Shown here: positions 48,533 through 58,232 of the stretch, in pieces
Layout: each line of letters opens with the position of its first letter
How positions within the stretch are numbered: the first letter of the stretch is position 1
Assembly: GCA_040752575.1 (NCBI GenBank)
Contig: JBFMGK010000003.1
Span: 32,001 to 96,000, forward strand
DNA from: Candidatus Bipolaricaulota bacterium
GTDB taxonomy: Bacteria; Bipolaricaulota; Bipolaricaulia; UBA7950; UBA9294
Reading direction: 5' to 3'
Length of the DNA stretch: 64,000 bases
Notes under the pieces: generated by a model
What the model saw: the letters and a program-made list of their open reading frames with translations, nothing else
The model's database searches: none
What the model was told of the DNA's origin: nothing
Translations under genes and position numbers: made by a program

Positions 48533-50172
48533 GACAGGGCCTCCAGAATCGTCGCCGCGTCGAGAGGACGACCGTCATAGCGTCCGATTCGTCCTTCCGT
48601 CTCGACGCCGTACTCCATCCGCAGAAGTTGGGCGAGCTGACCGGTTGCGTTGCCCTCCGCCGTCCAGTAGCGGGCCGTCTCCGAGAACTCCATCGCCGGC
48701 AGCGGCCATAGTTCGGTGAAGTGGAGGGCTCCGACACGGCGTCCGCTGTCACGCAGGATGGAGACGGCTTCGTCGATCGCGCCCTTCGTCGAACCCCATC
48801 CGACGAGGACGAGGTCCGCATCGTCGACCGCGTTCCGGGATGGCGGGGCGATCTCGCCCTTCAGCCGGCGGCCCTTCTCGAGCCGCTTCTCGACCATCGC
48901 CGGCCGCACCGTATCGAGATCCTCGGTGATATGCCCCTGTTCCGTGTGCTCGTCGCTGTCGAGGCAGACGAGGTGCTCACTCTGGCCGAGCGCAAGCCGC
49001 GGCGAAACGCCGTCATCGGTCAGCCGATACCGCGCATACCGCTCGATCGATGCTGGGTCGGCGAGCTGCGGCCCCGGGATCGCATCGGGAAGCTCCACGG
49101 GGGGAAGCGCGAACCGCGAATCGGCGAGGTACTGGTCCGTGAGCACGATGACGGGGATCTGATAGCGATCGGCGAGATCGAACGCGCGGATCGCTGCGCG
49201 CAGCGCGTCCTGCGGGTCCGACGGCGCCAACACCGCGCGCGGCGCCTCTCCGTGCCCGGCGCGAATCGCGAACAAGAGGTCTTCCTGAGCCGTGCGCGTC
49301 GGAAGCCCGGTCGCGGGCCCCGGACGCTGGGCGAGGACAATGACGATGGGCGTCTCGATCATCCCCGCCAGGCTGACCGCTTCCACCATCAGTGCGAAGC
49401 CGCCTCCCGACGTCGCCGTCATCGCCCGAGCGCCCGCGGCGCTCGCCCCCAGCCCCATGTGGATCGCCGCGATCTCGTCCTCGGCCTGCTCGGCGAAGAC
49501 GCCGAGCTCTGGGTGGCGGGCGAAGGTCGTGATCAGATGGGTCGACGGAGACATCGGGTACGCGGCCATGAACCGGCATTCCGCCGCGGCTGCGCCGAGG
49601 GCGATGGCATCGTGCGCCGATGCGAACGCGTACCGGTGGGTCCGAGGCGGCAGCGGCCTCTCCGCCCGTTCACCCAGCCGCCCGAGCGCTTGGTCGTATC
49701 CGGCTTGAGCCGCACGAGCGTTGGCCGCCGCAACCTCTTCGCCGTGGCCGGCAAACGTCTCCCGCAGCCTGCGTTCGAGCACGGCGACCGGCATCCCGGT
49801 TGCCGCGCACAGCGCCCCGGCGGCCACGGCGTTGGCGTATCGTTCCGACCCGCCGTGCTCTTTCGCCAGATCGCGGAAGGCGAAGACCTCGGGGGAGATC
49901 AGGATTCCGCCCTCTCGGAGCTGCGGGGCATAGTGCTGTTGCGACACGCGGTTCAGCGCCAGGAGAACGTCCGCGTCGCGTCGCGGGGCGTTGTGCGGCG
50001 CCGAGCCGATCCGCAGCGTCGTGCTCGAGTTTCCTCCACGGATTCGCGACTCGAACTCCTGCGTCAGAAACACCGGGTAGCCGTGAGCGAGGAAACTCGT
50101 CGCGACGACGTCGCCGATGGTCTGGATCCCTTCCCCCGCCGCGCCGGCGATGACCACGTTTCGGTCGTTCAT
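48529..50172 (-). CDS. 2-oxoacid:ferredoxin oxidoreductase alpha subunit (fused gamma-alpha)
   Basis: GAAGEGI, IRGG, YPMSPS, QAEDEIAA, TSGGGF, QRPGPATGLPT and EGNATGQL. Confidence 0.93.
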   Translation of the reverse strand: MNDRNVVIAGAAGEGIQTIGDVVATSFLAHGYPVFLTQEFESRIRGGNSSTTLRIGSAPHNAPRRDADVLLALNRVSQQHYAPQLREGGILISPEVFAFRDLAKEHGGSERYANAVAAGALCAATGMPVAVLERRLRETFAGHGEEVAAANARAAQAGYDQALGRLGERAERPLPPRTHRYAFASAHDAIALGAAAAECRFMAAYPMSPSTHLITTFARHPELGVFAEQAEDEIAAIHMGLGASAAGARAMTATSGGGFALMVEAVSLAGMIETPIVIVLAQRPGPATGLPTRTAQEDLLFAIRAGHGEAPRAVLAPSDPQDALRAAIRAFDLADRYQIPVIVLTDQYLADSRFALPPVELPDAIPGPQLADPASIERYARYRLTDDGVSPRLALGQSEHLVCLDSDEHTEQGHITEDLDTVRPAMVEKRLEKGRRLKGEIAPPSRNAVDDADLVLVGWGSTKGAIDEAVSILRDSGRRVGALHFTELWPLPAMEFSETARYWTAEGNATGQLAQLLRMEYGVETEGRIGRYDGRPLDAATILEALS

Positions 50173-50176
50173 CGTG

Positions 50177-51352
50177 TCAGGACTCCAATTTGAGATGGCG
50201 CCCGGCGATCTGATCGGCCAGCGCGTCGAGCGCAGCGAAGGTCTTGCTGTCGGGCATTCCGCGGACGAACACCGAGTCGAGCCACTCGGCTTTCAACGAC
50301 GCACACAGCCCCTGCGCCTGCTCGGCCGCCTTTCCTCCCCAGCCGTAGGAGCCGATCACCGCCGCATGGCGCAGCTTCGGCCGCAGCGCGGCGGTCAAGT
50401 AGGCCGCGAACACGACCTTCGGATGCGGGCCGACGAGCACGGTGGGAGTCCCGAACACGACCGTCGCCGCGTCGACGAGATCCGACGCGTACTCGCCGAT
50501 ATCGGTCACCGTCAGGTTGAGAGGAACAGCGTGCACACCGCGTTCGACGAGCGCGGCGACGAGATGATCGACCATCTTCGCCGTGCTGCCATGCATCGAC
50601 ACGTAGGGGATTAGCGCGACGTTCTTCGGCGGATCGTTCACCCAGCGGCGATACGCATCGACGATCCGCGACGGCTGGTCGTAGATCGGGCCGTGGCTTG
50701 GGGCGATGAGATCGATCGGCAGGCCGGCGATCGCGTCAAGGTGCTTCCGGATCATCGAGGCAAACGGCATCATGATCTCGGCGTAGTAGCGTTTCGCGGC
50801 GCTCATCACGCGGGGGTGGTCACCAGCCAAGAGATTGGCGGTGGCGAGGTGCGAGCCGAACAGGTCGCACGTGAACAAGATGCGGTCCTCCCGCAGATAC
50901 GTCAGCATCGTCTCCGGCCAATGGACCCAGGGAGAGTAGACGAATTCGAGCGTTCGTCCCCCGAGAGACAGCGTCGAGCGGTCGGCGACGATGTCGATCC
51001 GCTCGGCCGGGATTGCGAGATGGTCGACGATCATCGGCTTGGCTTTCTCGCTTGCGAGCACGCGGGCTTCGGGGTAGCGGGCCAGAACGTCGGCCGTGGA
51101 CCCCGAGTGGTCCTGTTCGACGTGCTGAACGATCACGACGTCGATCCGCGGGACGTCAGCGAGCTGAGCGAGGAGCGTCTCTCTCTTCGTGGGGTCCGCC
51201 GTGTCGATGAGTGCCGTCTTGTCCTCTCCCCGCACAAGATACGCGTTGTAGCTCGTCCCGTCGGGAAGCGGGATCAACTCGTCGAACAGACGCCGGTCCC
51301 AGTCCACGGCGCCAAGCCACTCGACTCCCGGCTGAACCTCACGTCGCTTCAC
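50177..51352 (-). CDS. fprA: Flavodiiron protein (FprA, O2/NO reductase)
   Basis: GTSYNAY, HVEQDH, VHWPE, CDLFG, PSHG and flavodoxin motifs SMHGST and GSYGWG. Confidence 0.94.
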   Translation of the reverse strand: MKRREVQPGVEWLGAVDWDRRLFDELIPLPDGTSYNAYLVRGEDKTALIDTADPTKRETLLAQLADVPRIDVVIVQHVEQDHSGSTADVLARYPEARVLASEKAKPMIVDHLAIPAERIDIVADRSTLSLGGRTLEFVYSPWVHWPETMLTYLREDRILFTCDLFGSHLATANLLAGDHPRVMSAAKRYYAEIMMPFASMIRKHLDAIAGLPIDLIAPSHGPIYDQPSRIVDAYRRWVNDPPKNVALIPYVSMHGSTAKMVDHLVAALVERGVHAVPLNLTVTDIGEYASDLVDAATVVFGTPTVLVGPHPKVVFAAYLTAALRPKLRHAAVIGSYGWGGKAAEQAQGLCASLKAEWLDSVFVRGMPDSKTFAALDALADQIAGRHLKLES

Positions 51353-51453
51353 GTCGATCTCCTTTCAACATTGCGGGGCGCGGCCCGTCTCCCGCCGTCC
51401 GATCCCTGGGTGGCCTTCCCTGGCAGGGTCCGGGGGACGCGCCCGCATCTTCT

Positions 51454-51615
51454 CTAGCTCACCTTCTCGAACTGGTCCTTCCCGACGCCGCAGATCGGGC
51501 AGACCCACGAGTCGGGGATGTCGGCAAACGCCGTACCCGCAGCGACGCCACCATCCGGATCGCCGACCGTCGGGTCGTACACGTAGCCGCACACGGTGCA
51601 GATCCACTTTTCCAT
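51454..51615 (-). CDS. Rubredoxin
   Basis: Below the ORF-track length cutoff; hand translation [53 protein letters not shown] (53 aa). Confidence 0.95.
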   Translation of the reverse strand: MEKWICTVCGYVYDPTVGDPDGGVAAGTAFADIPDSWVCPICGVGKDQFEKVS

Positions 51616-51617
51616 CG

Positions 51618-52130
51618 CTATCCCCTCCTCAGGGTCTTGCGGTACTCGTTGTAGGTGAGCGGTTCGCCGCCGTCGCGCGTTCCCGCCCGATCGACCGACG
51701 CGACGAACAGCGTGTGCGTGTCAAGGTCGAGCAGGCGCTCGCGAACCACCGTGCACTCATACAGCGCCACGGCGTTCTCAAGGTATGGAAGGCCGCTTTC
51801 CGACAGGCCGTGGGGGAAGCCGGCGAACTTGTCGGCGGCGCGCCCCGATTGAAACCCGAAGCGGCGAATCACGTCCGCGTTCGCTGGGTCGGCGCGGTCG
51901 ATCACGCTGACGGCGAATCGCCCCGTTTCGGCGATCATCTCGTGGGTCAGCGAGCGCTTGCCGATGCCGATGGCGATGCGGGGCGGCGCATTCGTCACCT
52001 GCATCAGCGCATCGAGGATCTGACCGTTCAGTTTCTCCCCCCGCTTCGCGGTCACGACATAGAGGCCGTGCGTCACCTGGAACAGCGCGTTGTTGAGGGC
52101 GGCCGCATCGCTCACAAACGTGAAGGGCAT
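51618..52130 (-). CDS. Flavin reductase-like (flavoredoxin) protein
   Basis: GLYVVT, NGQI, K.SLTHEMI, FGFQSGR..DKF and THTLF. Confidence 0.88.
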   Translation of the reverse strand: MPFTFVSDAAALNNALFQVTHGLYVVTAKRGEKLNGQILDALMQVTNAPPRIAIGIGKRSLTHEMIAETGRFAVSVIDRADPANADVIRRFGFQSGRAADKFAGFPHGLSESGLPYLENAVALYECTVVRERLLDLDTHTLFVASVDRAGTRDGGEPLTYNEYRKTLRRG

Positions 52131-52144
52131 GGCTCTCCTTATGG

Positions 52145-52666
52145 CTACGCCGCGCCGGGTTCGGCCGCCGGCGGCGTGAACACGCGCGCCCCCAGCTCAC
52201 GATCGGCCATCAGAAGGCCGTGACCGGACTCGCCGATCAACGTCAGCATGTCGACGATCTTCGACGCATTCGCCTCTTCTTCCACTTGCTCGTTGACGAA
52301 CCACTGGAGCATGAACAGCGCCGCGTTGTCGTTTTCTTCGCGGGCGATCTTCGTCAGCTCGTCGATTCGCGCCGTGATGAACTGCTCGTGCTTGTACGCC
52401 GCTTGGAACGCGGCGAGCGGCGACGGCCAGGTGGACTCCGGCGCGGCCAACGCCTTCAGTTCGATGTGGCCGCCGCGATCGCGGATGTGGTCGAAGAACC
52501 GCATCGCGTGCGTCATCTCCTCTTGCGCCTGCACCTTCATCCACTGCGCCATGCCGTCCAGTCCCTTGGCGTGGAAGTCGGCGGCCATCGCGAGGTAGAG
52601 ATACGCCGATCCCAATTCGTGTTGGATCTGCTCGTTGATCGCTTCCTGCATTCTCTTTCCGATCAT
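52145..52666 (-). CDS. ftnA: Non-heme ferritin
   Basis: INEQIQHEL.SAYLY, EEMTHA, HEQFIT and LQWFVNEQVEEE. Confidence 0.93.
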   Translation of the reverse strand: MIGKRMQEAINEQIQHELGSAYLYLAMAADFHAKGLDGMAQWMKVQAQEEMTHAMRFFDHIRDRGGHIELKALAAPESTWPSPLAAFQAAYKHEQFITARIDELTKIAREENDNAALFMLQWFVNEQVEEEANASKIVDMLTLIGESGHGLLMADRELGARVFTPPAAEPGAA

Positions 52667-52721
52667 CTTGGGGCACCTCCTGGTTGTGGGTCGTCCCACC
52701 GTACGTGACGTGGTCGAGGAT

Positions 52722-53294
52722 CTACCAATTCTCGGCCAGCAACTCGAAGTGAGCTTGTGGATGCGCGCAGGCCGGACAGAGGTTTGGGGCCTCCGCGCCA
52801 GCGTGCAGATAGCCGCAGTTCCGGCATCGCCAGACCGTCGGCGCGGGCCGGCGGAAAACGGTTCCAGCCTCGACGTTCTTCAGCAGCCCGAGGTATCTCT
52901 TCTCGTGCTGCTTCTCGGCGACCGAAACCGCCTCGAAGACCGCGGCGACTTCGGTAAAGCCCTCCTGGCGAGCGATCCGCGCGAACTCGGGGTACAGCAC
53001 GCTCCACTCGTGGTGCTCGCCGCCCGCCGCTGCGCGCAGATTCTCGGCGGTCGACGCGATGACTCCTGCGGGGAAAGCCGCAGTGATCTCGACGTCGCCC
53101 CCCTCCAGAAACTTGAAGAAGCGCTTGGCGTGCTCCTTCTCCTGGTCGGCCGTCTCCTGAAAGATGGCCTGAATCTGGACGAAGCCGTCCTTCGAGGCCT
53201 GCGAGGCGTAGTACGTGTACCGATTGCGCGCCTGCGACTCACCGGCAAACGCCTTGAGCAGGTTCTTCTCTGTCTGCGATCCCTTGAACTGCAT
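52722..53294 (-). CDS. rbr: Rubrerythrin
   Basis: TEKNLLKAFAGESQARNRY, EKEHA, EKQHE and WRCRNCG...CPACAHP. Confidence 0.95.
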   Translation of the reverse strand: MQFKGSQTEKNLLKAFAGESQARNRYTYYASQASKDGFVQIQAIFQETADQEKEHAKRFFKFLEGGDVEITAAFPAGVIASTAENLRAAAGGEHHEWSVLYPEFARIARQEGFTEVAAVFEAVSVAEKQHEKRYLGLLKNVEAGTVFRRPAPTVWRCRNCGYLHAGAEAPNLCPACAHPQAHFELLAENW

Positions 53295-53314
53295 CTCGTC
53301 CTCCTTGCCTCTTC

Positions 53315-54112
53315 CTATCTCTGGCACGCCGGGCAGAAGCATGTCGACCTCCCGGCCTGAATCAATCGCTCAATCCCTTTTCCGCAGCGCTCGCACGGCT
53401 CGCCTTCACGTCCGTAGACGGCGAGATGGTTCTGGAACGATCCCGTCTCGGTTGCTGTCGGGTGGTAGTCCGACACACTCGACCCGAGGGTCGTCCCGAG
53501 CTGCGCCACGGCCTCCCCGAGCACGCAGACGATCGCCTTGTGCAGGCGTCCGATCTCGGCACGAGAGAGCTCGTTCGCCTTGCGCCGTGGATCGAGCCGC
53601 GCGCGCCACAGCGACTCGGCGGCGTAGATGTTCCCGATTCCGGCGATCCGCTTCTGATCAAGGAGGAAGCCCTTGATCGGGGCTCGCGACGAGGACGCTA
53701 GCCTCGCCAAGGCGGCTGGCGTGAACTCCTCGCTCAGCGGCTCGATTCCGACAGGTACGTCGAAACCGCCTTCGTAGAGTTCCGCCGTACCCAGTCGTCG
53801 CGGATCGATGAAGTAGACACTCCGCCGCTTGCCCAGCCGCAGAACCAAGCGTGCGTACTTCGCCTCGCCCTCTCGGCACCCCAAGCGCAGCCGGCCCGAC
53901 ATCCGGAGGTGGACGACGAGCGTCCGGCCGTTGTCGAGGTGGATGCCGATGTACTTCCCGCGGCGCCGGATCTCCTCGATCCGCGCCCCAGTGAGGTCAT
54001 CGCCCGACACCGCAAGCTTCGTATCCAGCACCTCGGCCGACGTGATCGTTTGACCCACCGTGGGTGCCAGACCGCGCACGAAAGTCTCGACCTCAGGCAG
54101 CTCAGGAGGCAT
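53315..54112 (-). CDS. mutM: Formamidopyrimidine-DNA glycosylase
   Basis: (M)PPELPEVE, RRGKY, HLRMSG, LDQ..IAGIGNIYA.E and zinc finger CERC...CPACQ. Confidence 0.95.
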   Translation of the reverse strand: MPPELPEVETFVRGLAPTVGQTITSAEVLDTKLAVSGDDLTGARIEEIRRRGKYIGIHLDNGRTLVVHLRMSGRLRLGCREGEAKYARLVLRLGKRRSVYFIDPRRLGTAELYEGGFDVPVGIEPLSEEFTPAALARLASSSRAPIKGFLLDQKRIAGIGNIYAAESLWRARLDPRRKANELSRAEIGRLHKAIVCVLGEAVAQLGTTLGSSVSDYHPTATETGSFQNHLAVYGREGEPCERCGKGIERLIQAGRSTCFCPACQR

Positions 54113-54599
54113 GGTCTTCCTCCCCTCCGGCGGACTTGCGCGCCAGCTTCTTCGAACCTTGCGATGCCCGAGGCATCTCGGACGAGCGCTTCGCGTCGAG
54201 GCAGGATGAGCAGACGCCAAAAGCGTAGGTTCGCACGGCCTCGACCTCGTGCCCTTCGACCCTCTTGTTCAGACACTGTGTCGCCTCGATGTCGAGGTCG
54301 TAGACCCCACCACAGACCCGACAGCGGAAGTGCACGTGCGGTCCCAGGTCGGCGTCATAGCGCGCGGCGGACGGGTCGACAGACAGGCGAAGAATCGTCC
54401 CGGCACGGGTCAACGCGTCCAGCGTGTTGTAGACCGTCGCTCGGGCAATCGTCGGATGCTCCCTGTGGACGGCCGCGTACACCTCGTCGGCCGTTGGGTG
54501 CGTCTTCGTGCCCTCGAGAAACGCAAGGATGGCAAGGCGCTGCATCGTCGGCGTTACGCCCGCTTCTCGTAGACGTTCCATTCTCTTCTCGGGAGCCAT
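54102..54599 (-). CDS. Fur-family peroxide-responsive repressor (PerR-like)
   Basis: T.QRLAI, HPTADEVY, ATVYNTL, RYD, HVHF.CRVC and C-terminal CSSC; first gene of the oxidative-stress cluster. Confidence 0.88.
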   Translation of the reverse strand: MAPEKRMERLREAGVTPTMQRLAILAFLEGTKTHPTADEVYAAVHREHPTIARATVYNTLDALTRAGTILRLSVDPSAARYDADLGPHVHFRCRVCGGVYDLDIEATQCLNKRVEGHEVEAVRTYAFGVCSSCLDAKRSSEMPRASQGSKKLARKSAGGEEDHAS

Positions 54600-54608
54600 G
54601 ATGGAGTA

Positions 54609-54637
54609 AGTATAGGATGAGATGAAGTCTAAATCAA
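54609..54637 (-). promoter_or_regulatory. perR operon promoter with a Per/Fur-box-like spacer
   Basis: TTGATT-N17-TATACT; the spacer overlaps the imperfect palindrome TTAGACTTCATCTCA. Confidence 0.65.
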
Positions 54638-54724
54638 GAGCAAGGCTACGACTCTGTGCGCGAAAGGCCCGCTCGGAGAGGCGACAGCAGAGGCCAGTCT
54701 CTTGTGCCGATCAGTGGCCCGGCT

Positions 54725-55198
54725 CCCGTCGGCCGCATTCCCAGCATCAGGAGATGGCGAAGGTTGCAGGTCCGTCGTGCTGTGGGCTTCTACGTTCGAG
54801 ACCCCTGCGACGTACTCGATGCCCGGGCGAGCGCTATGGGAGCCGCCTCGGGAGATCAATACGTGATGAGTCGACCTAGCCCATCGCCCCAACGGGCTCC
54901 GCGGAACATCCTGAATATCTCACCTGTTTGGGATAGTAGTTGTCATCGTGCCTTCTCACCACATCTAGAATGGAACGATCGCTGCACGGCATCGGTGTGT
55001 GAGCCAGCCAGGAGGTGGACCCGTGGGCTTGACACAGAGCCATGGGAGATCAATACTGCTCGATGAGAACCAACCCTCGGCAGTACGTGTCGCGACACAT
55101 CTGGGCGACACCGAGCCCGAGGGCTTTCTGCTTCTGGCGGCAGCATTGCCACAACCGCGTCCGCCGGCTTCACTCTCAGCATCAGAAGATGGCGAAGG
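54725..55198. repeat. Two pairs of dispersed direct repeats in decayed intergenic DNA
   Basis: CAGCATCAG(G/A)AGATGGCGAAGG at 54742-54763 and 55177-55198; GGGAGATCAATAC at 54850-54862 and 55044-55056. Confidence 0.75.
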
Positions 55199-55204
55199 CC
55201 ACAC

Positions 55205-55312
55205 GTCGCCGAGCTCGGCATCGCTCGCGAACTGACGGGCAGGCGGCGCAATCGCCTGTTCGTCTACGACAGGTACCTCGCGATCCTCAGCGAAGGGACG
55301 GAAGCGCTCTAG
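55205..55312 (+). pseudogene. C-terminal remnant of a Fic-family (Fic plus wHTH) gene
   Basis: VAELGIARELTGRRRNRLFVYDRYLAILSEGTEAL* matches the typical Fic C-terminus; the Fic catalytic domain is absent. Confidence 0.7.
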
Positions 55313-55432
55313 GCGGCTTCGCCGCGCGAGCCGCGCCGATCGCGGCCCCATGGGTGGAGACGCGTGGATCAAGTTCCAGATTGCTCATCCACGGGTGATG
55401 GGTACACTCCACTCACGGGAGGGTGAGGGAGC

Positions 55433-56263
55433 GTGACGACCGGCGATCGCCCGAGTCGGGAGACGATGCGACACGCGGGCTTCTCTTCTTCCGGGTGTGT
55501 TGATGGCCTTGACTCGCGCCTCGACGAGGGCTCGATCCCACATTGGATCTTCCTCGACGAGGTGGACTCCACGAACGCCTATGCGGCGCGCCGCTTGCCC
55601 GAGATCCCTCACGGCACGTTCGTCATGGCTGCAGCGCAGACGGCGGGGCGAGGACGGCTCGGCAGGCGCTGGCACTCGCCTCCGGTCGGCAATGTCTACA
55701 TGAGCGGCGTCGTCAAGGCGTTTCCCGCCGTGCCTTCCGCGGCGCTTCCCGGCGCGCTCACGATGACGATGGCGCTTGCGGTGTGCGACGCCATCGAGCG
55801 CGAGGGCCTCGCGCCGACGCTCAAATGGCCCAACGACGTGTTGGTGGATGGCCGGAAGGTCGCCGGAGTCCTCGCGCAGGCGACCTACGAAGGTCCCCGG
55901 GCCACCGCGGCCGTCGTCGGCGTGGGCATCAACGTCAACATGACGGCCGTCGAGCTTGCGGCCATCGATCGCCCGGCGACGTCGCTCGCAATCTCTACGG
56001 GGCGATCGCTCGACGCCTCAGCCATTGCGCAGAGTGTCGCGGCGCGATTCCTCGGTCGGCTCGCGGCAACGCGTCTCGACGCCCTGCGTTCCGAGGTTCT
56101 CGCAAAGATGACAGGAATCGGCGATCCTATCCAGGTCGTGGGTCCCCAGGGGACGCTCTTCGGAACGGCCGTCGACCTGGCGGAGGATCTGACTCTCCAG
56201 GTCTGCGACGACCGTGGATGCATGCATCGGATTTCGGGTGGTGACGTATGCGCGATGGGTTGA
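55433..56263 (+). CDS. birA: Biotin--protein ligase (no N-terminal HTH)
   Basis: VDSTN, QTAGRGRLGRRW, KWPND, KVAGVL and GVGINVN. Confidence 0.93.
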   Translation: MTTGDRPSRETMRHAGFSSSGCVDGLDSRLDEGSIPHWIFLDEVDSTNAYAARRLPEIPHGTFVMAAAQTAGRGRLGRRWHSPPVGNVYMSGVVKAFPAVPSAALPGALTMTMALAVCDAIEREGLAPTLKWPNDVLVDGRKVAGVLAQATYEGPRATAAVVGVGINVNMTAVELAAIDRPATSLAISTGRSLDASAIAQSVAARFLGRLAATRLDALRSEVLAKMTGIGDPIQVVGPQGTLFGTAVDLAEDLTLQVCDDRGCMHRISGGDVCAMG

Positions 56264-56448
56264 CCGTGACAATCGTGGGCATCACCTTCACGTTCCTCTT
56301 CTTGGCGCTTCTTGTCGTCCTCGTGGTGTTGCTCGGCCGCGTCGCACGCCGGGTTGAGCGCCACGCGGTGGGCAACGGGGGCGACCTCGCCGAGGTGGCG
56401 GCCGTGATCGCGATTGCCCGTGGGCGCAGCGATAAGGGAAAGCGATGA
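56248..56448 (+). CDS. oadG: Na+-translocating decarboxylase gamma subunit (OadG)
   Basis: TIVGITFTFLFLALL TM segment and EVAAVIAIA motif; lies before oadA. Confidence 0.8.
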   Translation: MRDGLTVTIVGITFTFLFLALLVVLVVLLGRVARRVERHAVGNGGDLAEVAAVIAIARGRSDKGKR

Positions 56449-58232
56449 CGAAGAAGATCCACCTGATGGTGACGGCGTTCCGCGATGGGTTCCAGTCGGT
56501 GTATGGCGCGCGCGTCCTGTCGCGCGACTACCTCCCGGCGGTGGAGGCGGCTCGGAGAGCTGGGATCCTCCACTTCGAGTCGGGTGGGGGCGCGTCGTTC
56601 CAATCAGCGTTTTTCTACGCGAACGAGAACGCGTTCGACGTGATGGACGCGTTTCGGGCGGCCGCGGGACCCGACGCGAACCTGCAGACGCTGGCGCGCG
56701 GGATCAACGTCGTGGGCCTCGAGTCTCAGCCCAGCGACGTGATTCGCCTTCACGCTCACGTCTTCGCGAAGCATGGCATCAGTACGATCCGCAACTTCGA
56801 CGCCCTGAACGACGTGCAGAACTTGGTGCACAGCGGGAGATGCATCGTCGAAGCCGGCCTGCGCCACGAGGTCGTCGTCACCATGATGGGCCTGCCTCCG
56901 GGTTGTGACGGCGCCCACACGCCGGAGTTCTACCTTGGCGTCCTTCGCCAGATTCTCGACGCCGACATCCCGTACCACTCGGTGTGCTTCAAGGACGCCT
57001 CGGGAACGGCAACGCCGCACGTGGTCGGCGAGACGATCCGCCGGTCACGCGAGCTTCTAGGTCCCAAGGTCCAGCTGCGGTTCCACACGCACGAAACCGC
57101 CGGCATCGGCCTCGCGGCCTATCTCAGCGCCATCGATGCCGGGGCCGACGCCCTCGATGTCTCGCTCGCACCCGTGTCCGGCGGAACGTGCCAGCCGGAC
57201 ATCGCCACGCTGTGGCACGCGCTGCGCGGGCGGGACGTGGACCTTGGGTTCGACATCGGCAAGGTCCTCGAGGCCGAGGAAGTGCTGAAGGAGTGCATGA
57301 AAGACTACGACGTGCCTCCCGAAGCACGAGCCGTCGAACCGCTCATCCCGTTCTCGCCGATGCCCGGCGGCGCGCTCACAGCGAACACGCAGATGATGCG
57401 CGACAACGGGACGCTGCACCGCCTGCCCGAGGTCATCGCCGCCATGGGCGACACCGTGCGCCGCGGTGGCTTCGGAACGTCCGTAACGCCCGTGTCGCAG
57501 TTCTACTTCCAGCAGGCGTACAACAACGTCTTCCTCGGCCCGTGGAAGAAGCTGGCCGACGGGTACGGCAAGATGGTCCTCGGGTACTTCGGGCGAACGC
57601 CCGTGGCGCCCGATCCGGAGATCGTGCGCCTTGCCTCGGAACAACTCGGCCTGCCGCCGACGACAGAGAGTCCGCTTGCGCTGAACGACGCCGACCCAGA
57701 GAAGGGAATGGCCGCGGCGCGAGCCACGTTGGAGCGCGAGGAGCTTGCGGTTACCGACGAGAACGTCTTCATCGTCGCGACCTGCGGCAAGAAGGGCGTG
57801 GAGTTCCTCAAGGGCCAGGCCCGCGTGATGATCCGCAAGAAGGCCGCGCCCGCCGGCGAGCCGGCCGCGGAGCCAAGCGAGCTTCGGGTTCGATTGGGAG
57901 AACGCGAGTACCGGGTGGTTCTCGACGACGGCCGGGTAACGGTGGACGGCGTTCCCTACTCGTACACCGTGTCCGAAGGCGGGGCAAGGCCGACGGCCAG
58001 CGCGCCGGTTGCCGGAGGAAGCGCCTCGATCGCGGCGCCCTTGCCGGGGATCGTCTTGCGCATTCCAGCGGCGGCGGGGAAGCCGGTGCGAGCTGGTGAC
58101 GTGGTGATCGTCCTCGAGGCGATGAAGATGGAGATCGAGGTGAAGGCCGCCGTCTCCGGAGTCATCGAAGAGATCGCCGTGGCTGTAGGCAGTCAAGTGA
58201 AGGCGGGGCAGGCCCTCGCGCGGATTCGGTGA
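56445..58232 (+). CDS. oadA: Oxaloacetate decarboxylase alpha subunit (carboxyltransferase plus biotin carrier)
   Basis: RDGFQS, GGGASF, FDALND, FKDASG, HTH, MPGG, TPVSQ and biotinyl EAMKM. Confidence 0.9.
   Translation: MTKKIHLMVTAFRDGFQSVYGARVLSRDYLPAVEAARRAGILHFESGGGASFQSAFFYANENAFDVMDAFRAAAGPDANLQTLARGINVVGLESQPSDVIRLHAHVFAKHGISTIRNFDALNDVQNLVHSGRCIVEAGLRHEVVVTMMGLPPGCDGAHTPEFYLGVLRQILDADIPYHSVCFKDASGTATPHVVGETIRRSRELLGPKVQLRFHTHETAGIGLAAYLSAIDAGADALDVSLAPVSGGTCQPDIATLWHALRGRDVDLGFDIGKVLEAEEVLKECMKDYDVPPEARAVEPLIPFSPMPGGALTANTQMMRDNGTLHRLPEVIAAMGDTVRRGGFGTSVTPVSQFYFQQAYNNVFLGPWKKLADGYGKMVLGYFGRTPVAPDPEIVRLASEQLGLPPTTESPLALNDADPEKGMAAARATLEREELAVTDENVFIVATCGKKGVEFLKGQARVMIRKKAAPAGEPAAEPSELRVRLGEREYRVVLDDGRVTVDGVPYSYTVSEGGARPTASAPVAGGSASIAAPLPGIVLRIPAAAGKPVRAGDVVIVLEAMKMEIEVKAAVSGVIEEIAVAVGSQVKAGQALARIR

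Noticed and set aside
51390..51435. SRP-RNA-like GGAAGG loop
   Set aside because: It lacks the conserved CAGG...AGCAG internal loop of SRP helix 8.
51365..51607. 80-aa ORF in the track
   Set aside because: It is an alternate frame over the real 53-aa rubredoxin (51454-51615).
45640..54599. Selenocysteine recoding in the redox genes
   Set aside because: All catalytic positions are ordinary Cys codons and the ORFs are full length without an in-frame TGA.
55390..55432. GGTGATGG sequence resembling the start of a fluoride riboswitch, or a Na+ riboswitch before birA-oad
   Set aside because: The TTCRCC and CTRATGAC elements are missing; it reads better as a TACACT -10, a small hairpin and an SD. 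A covariance-model scan would be needed.
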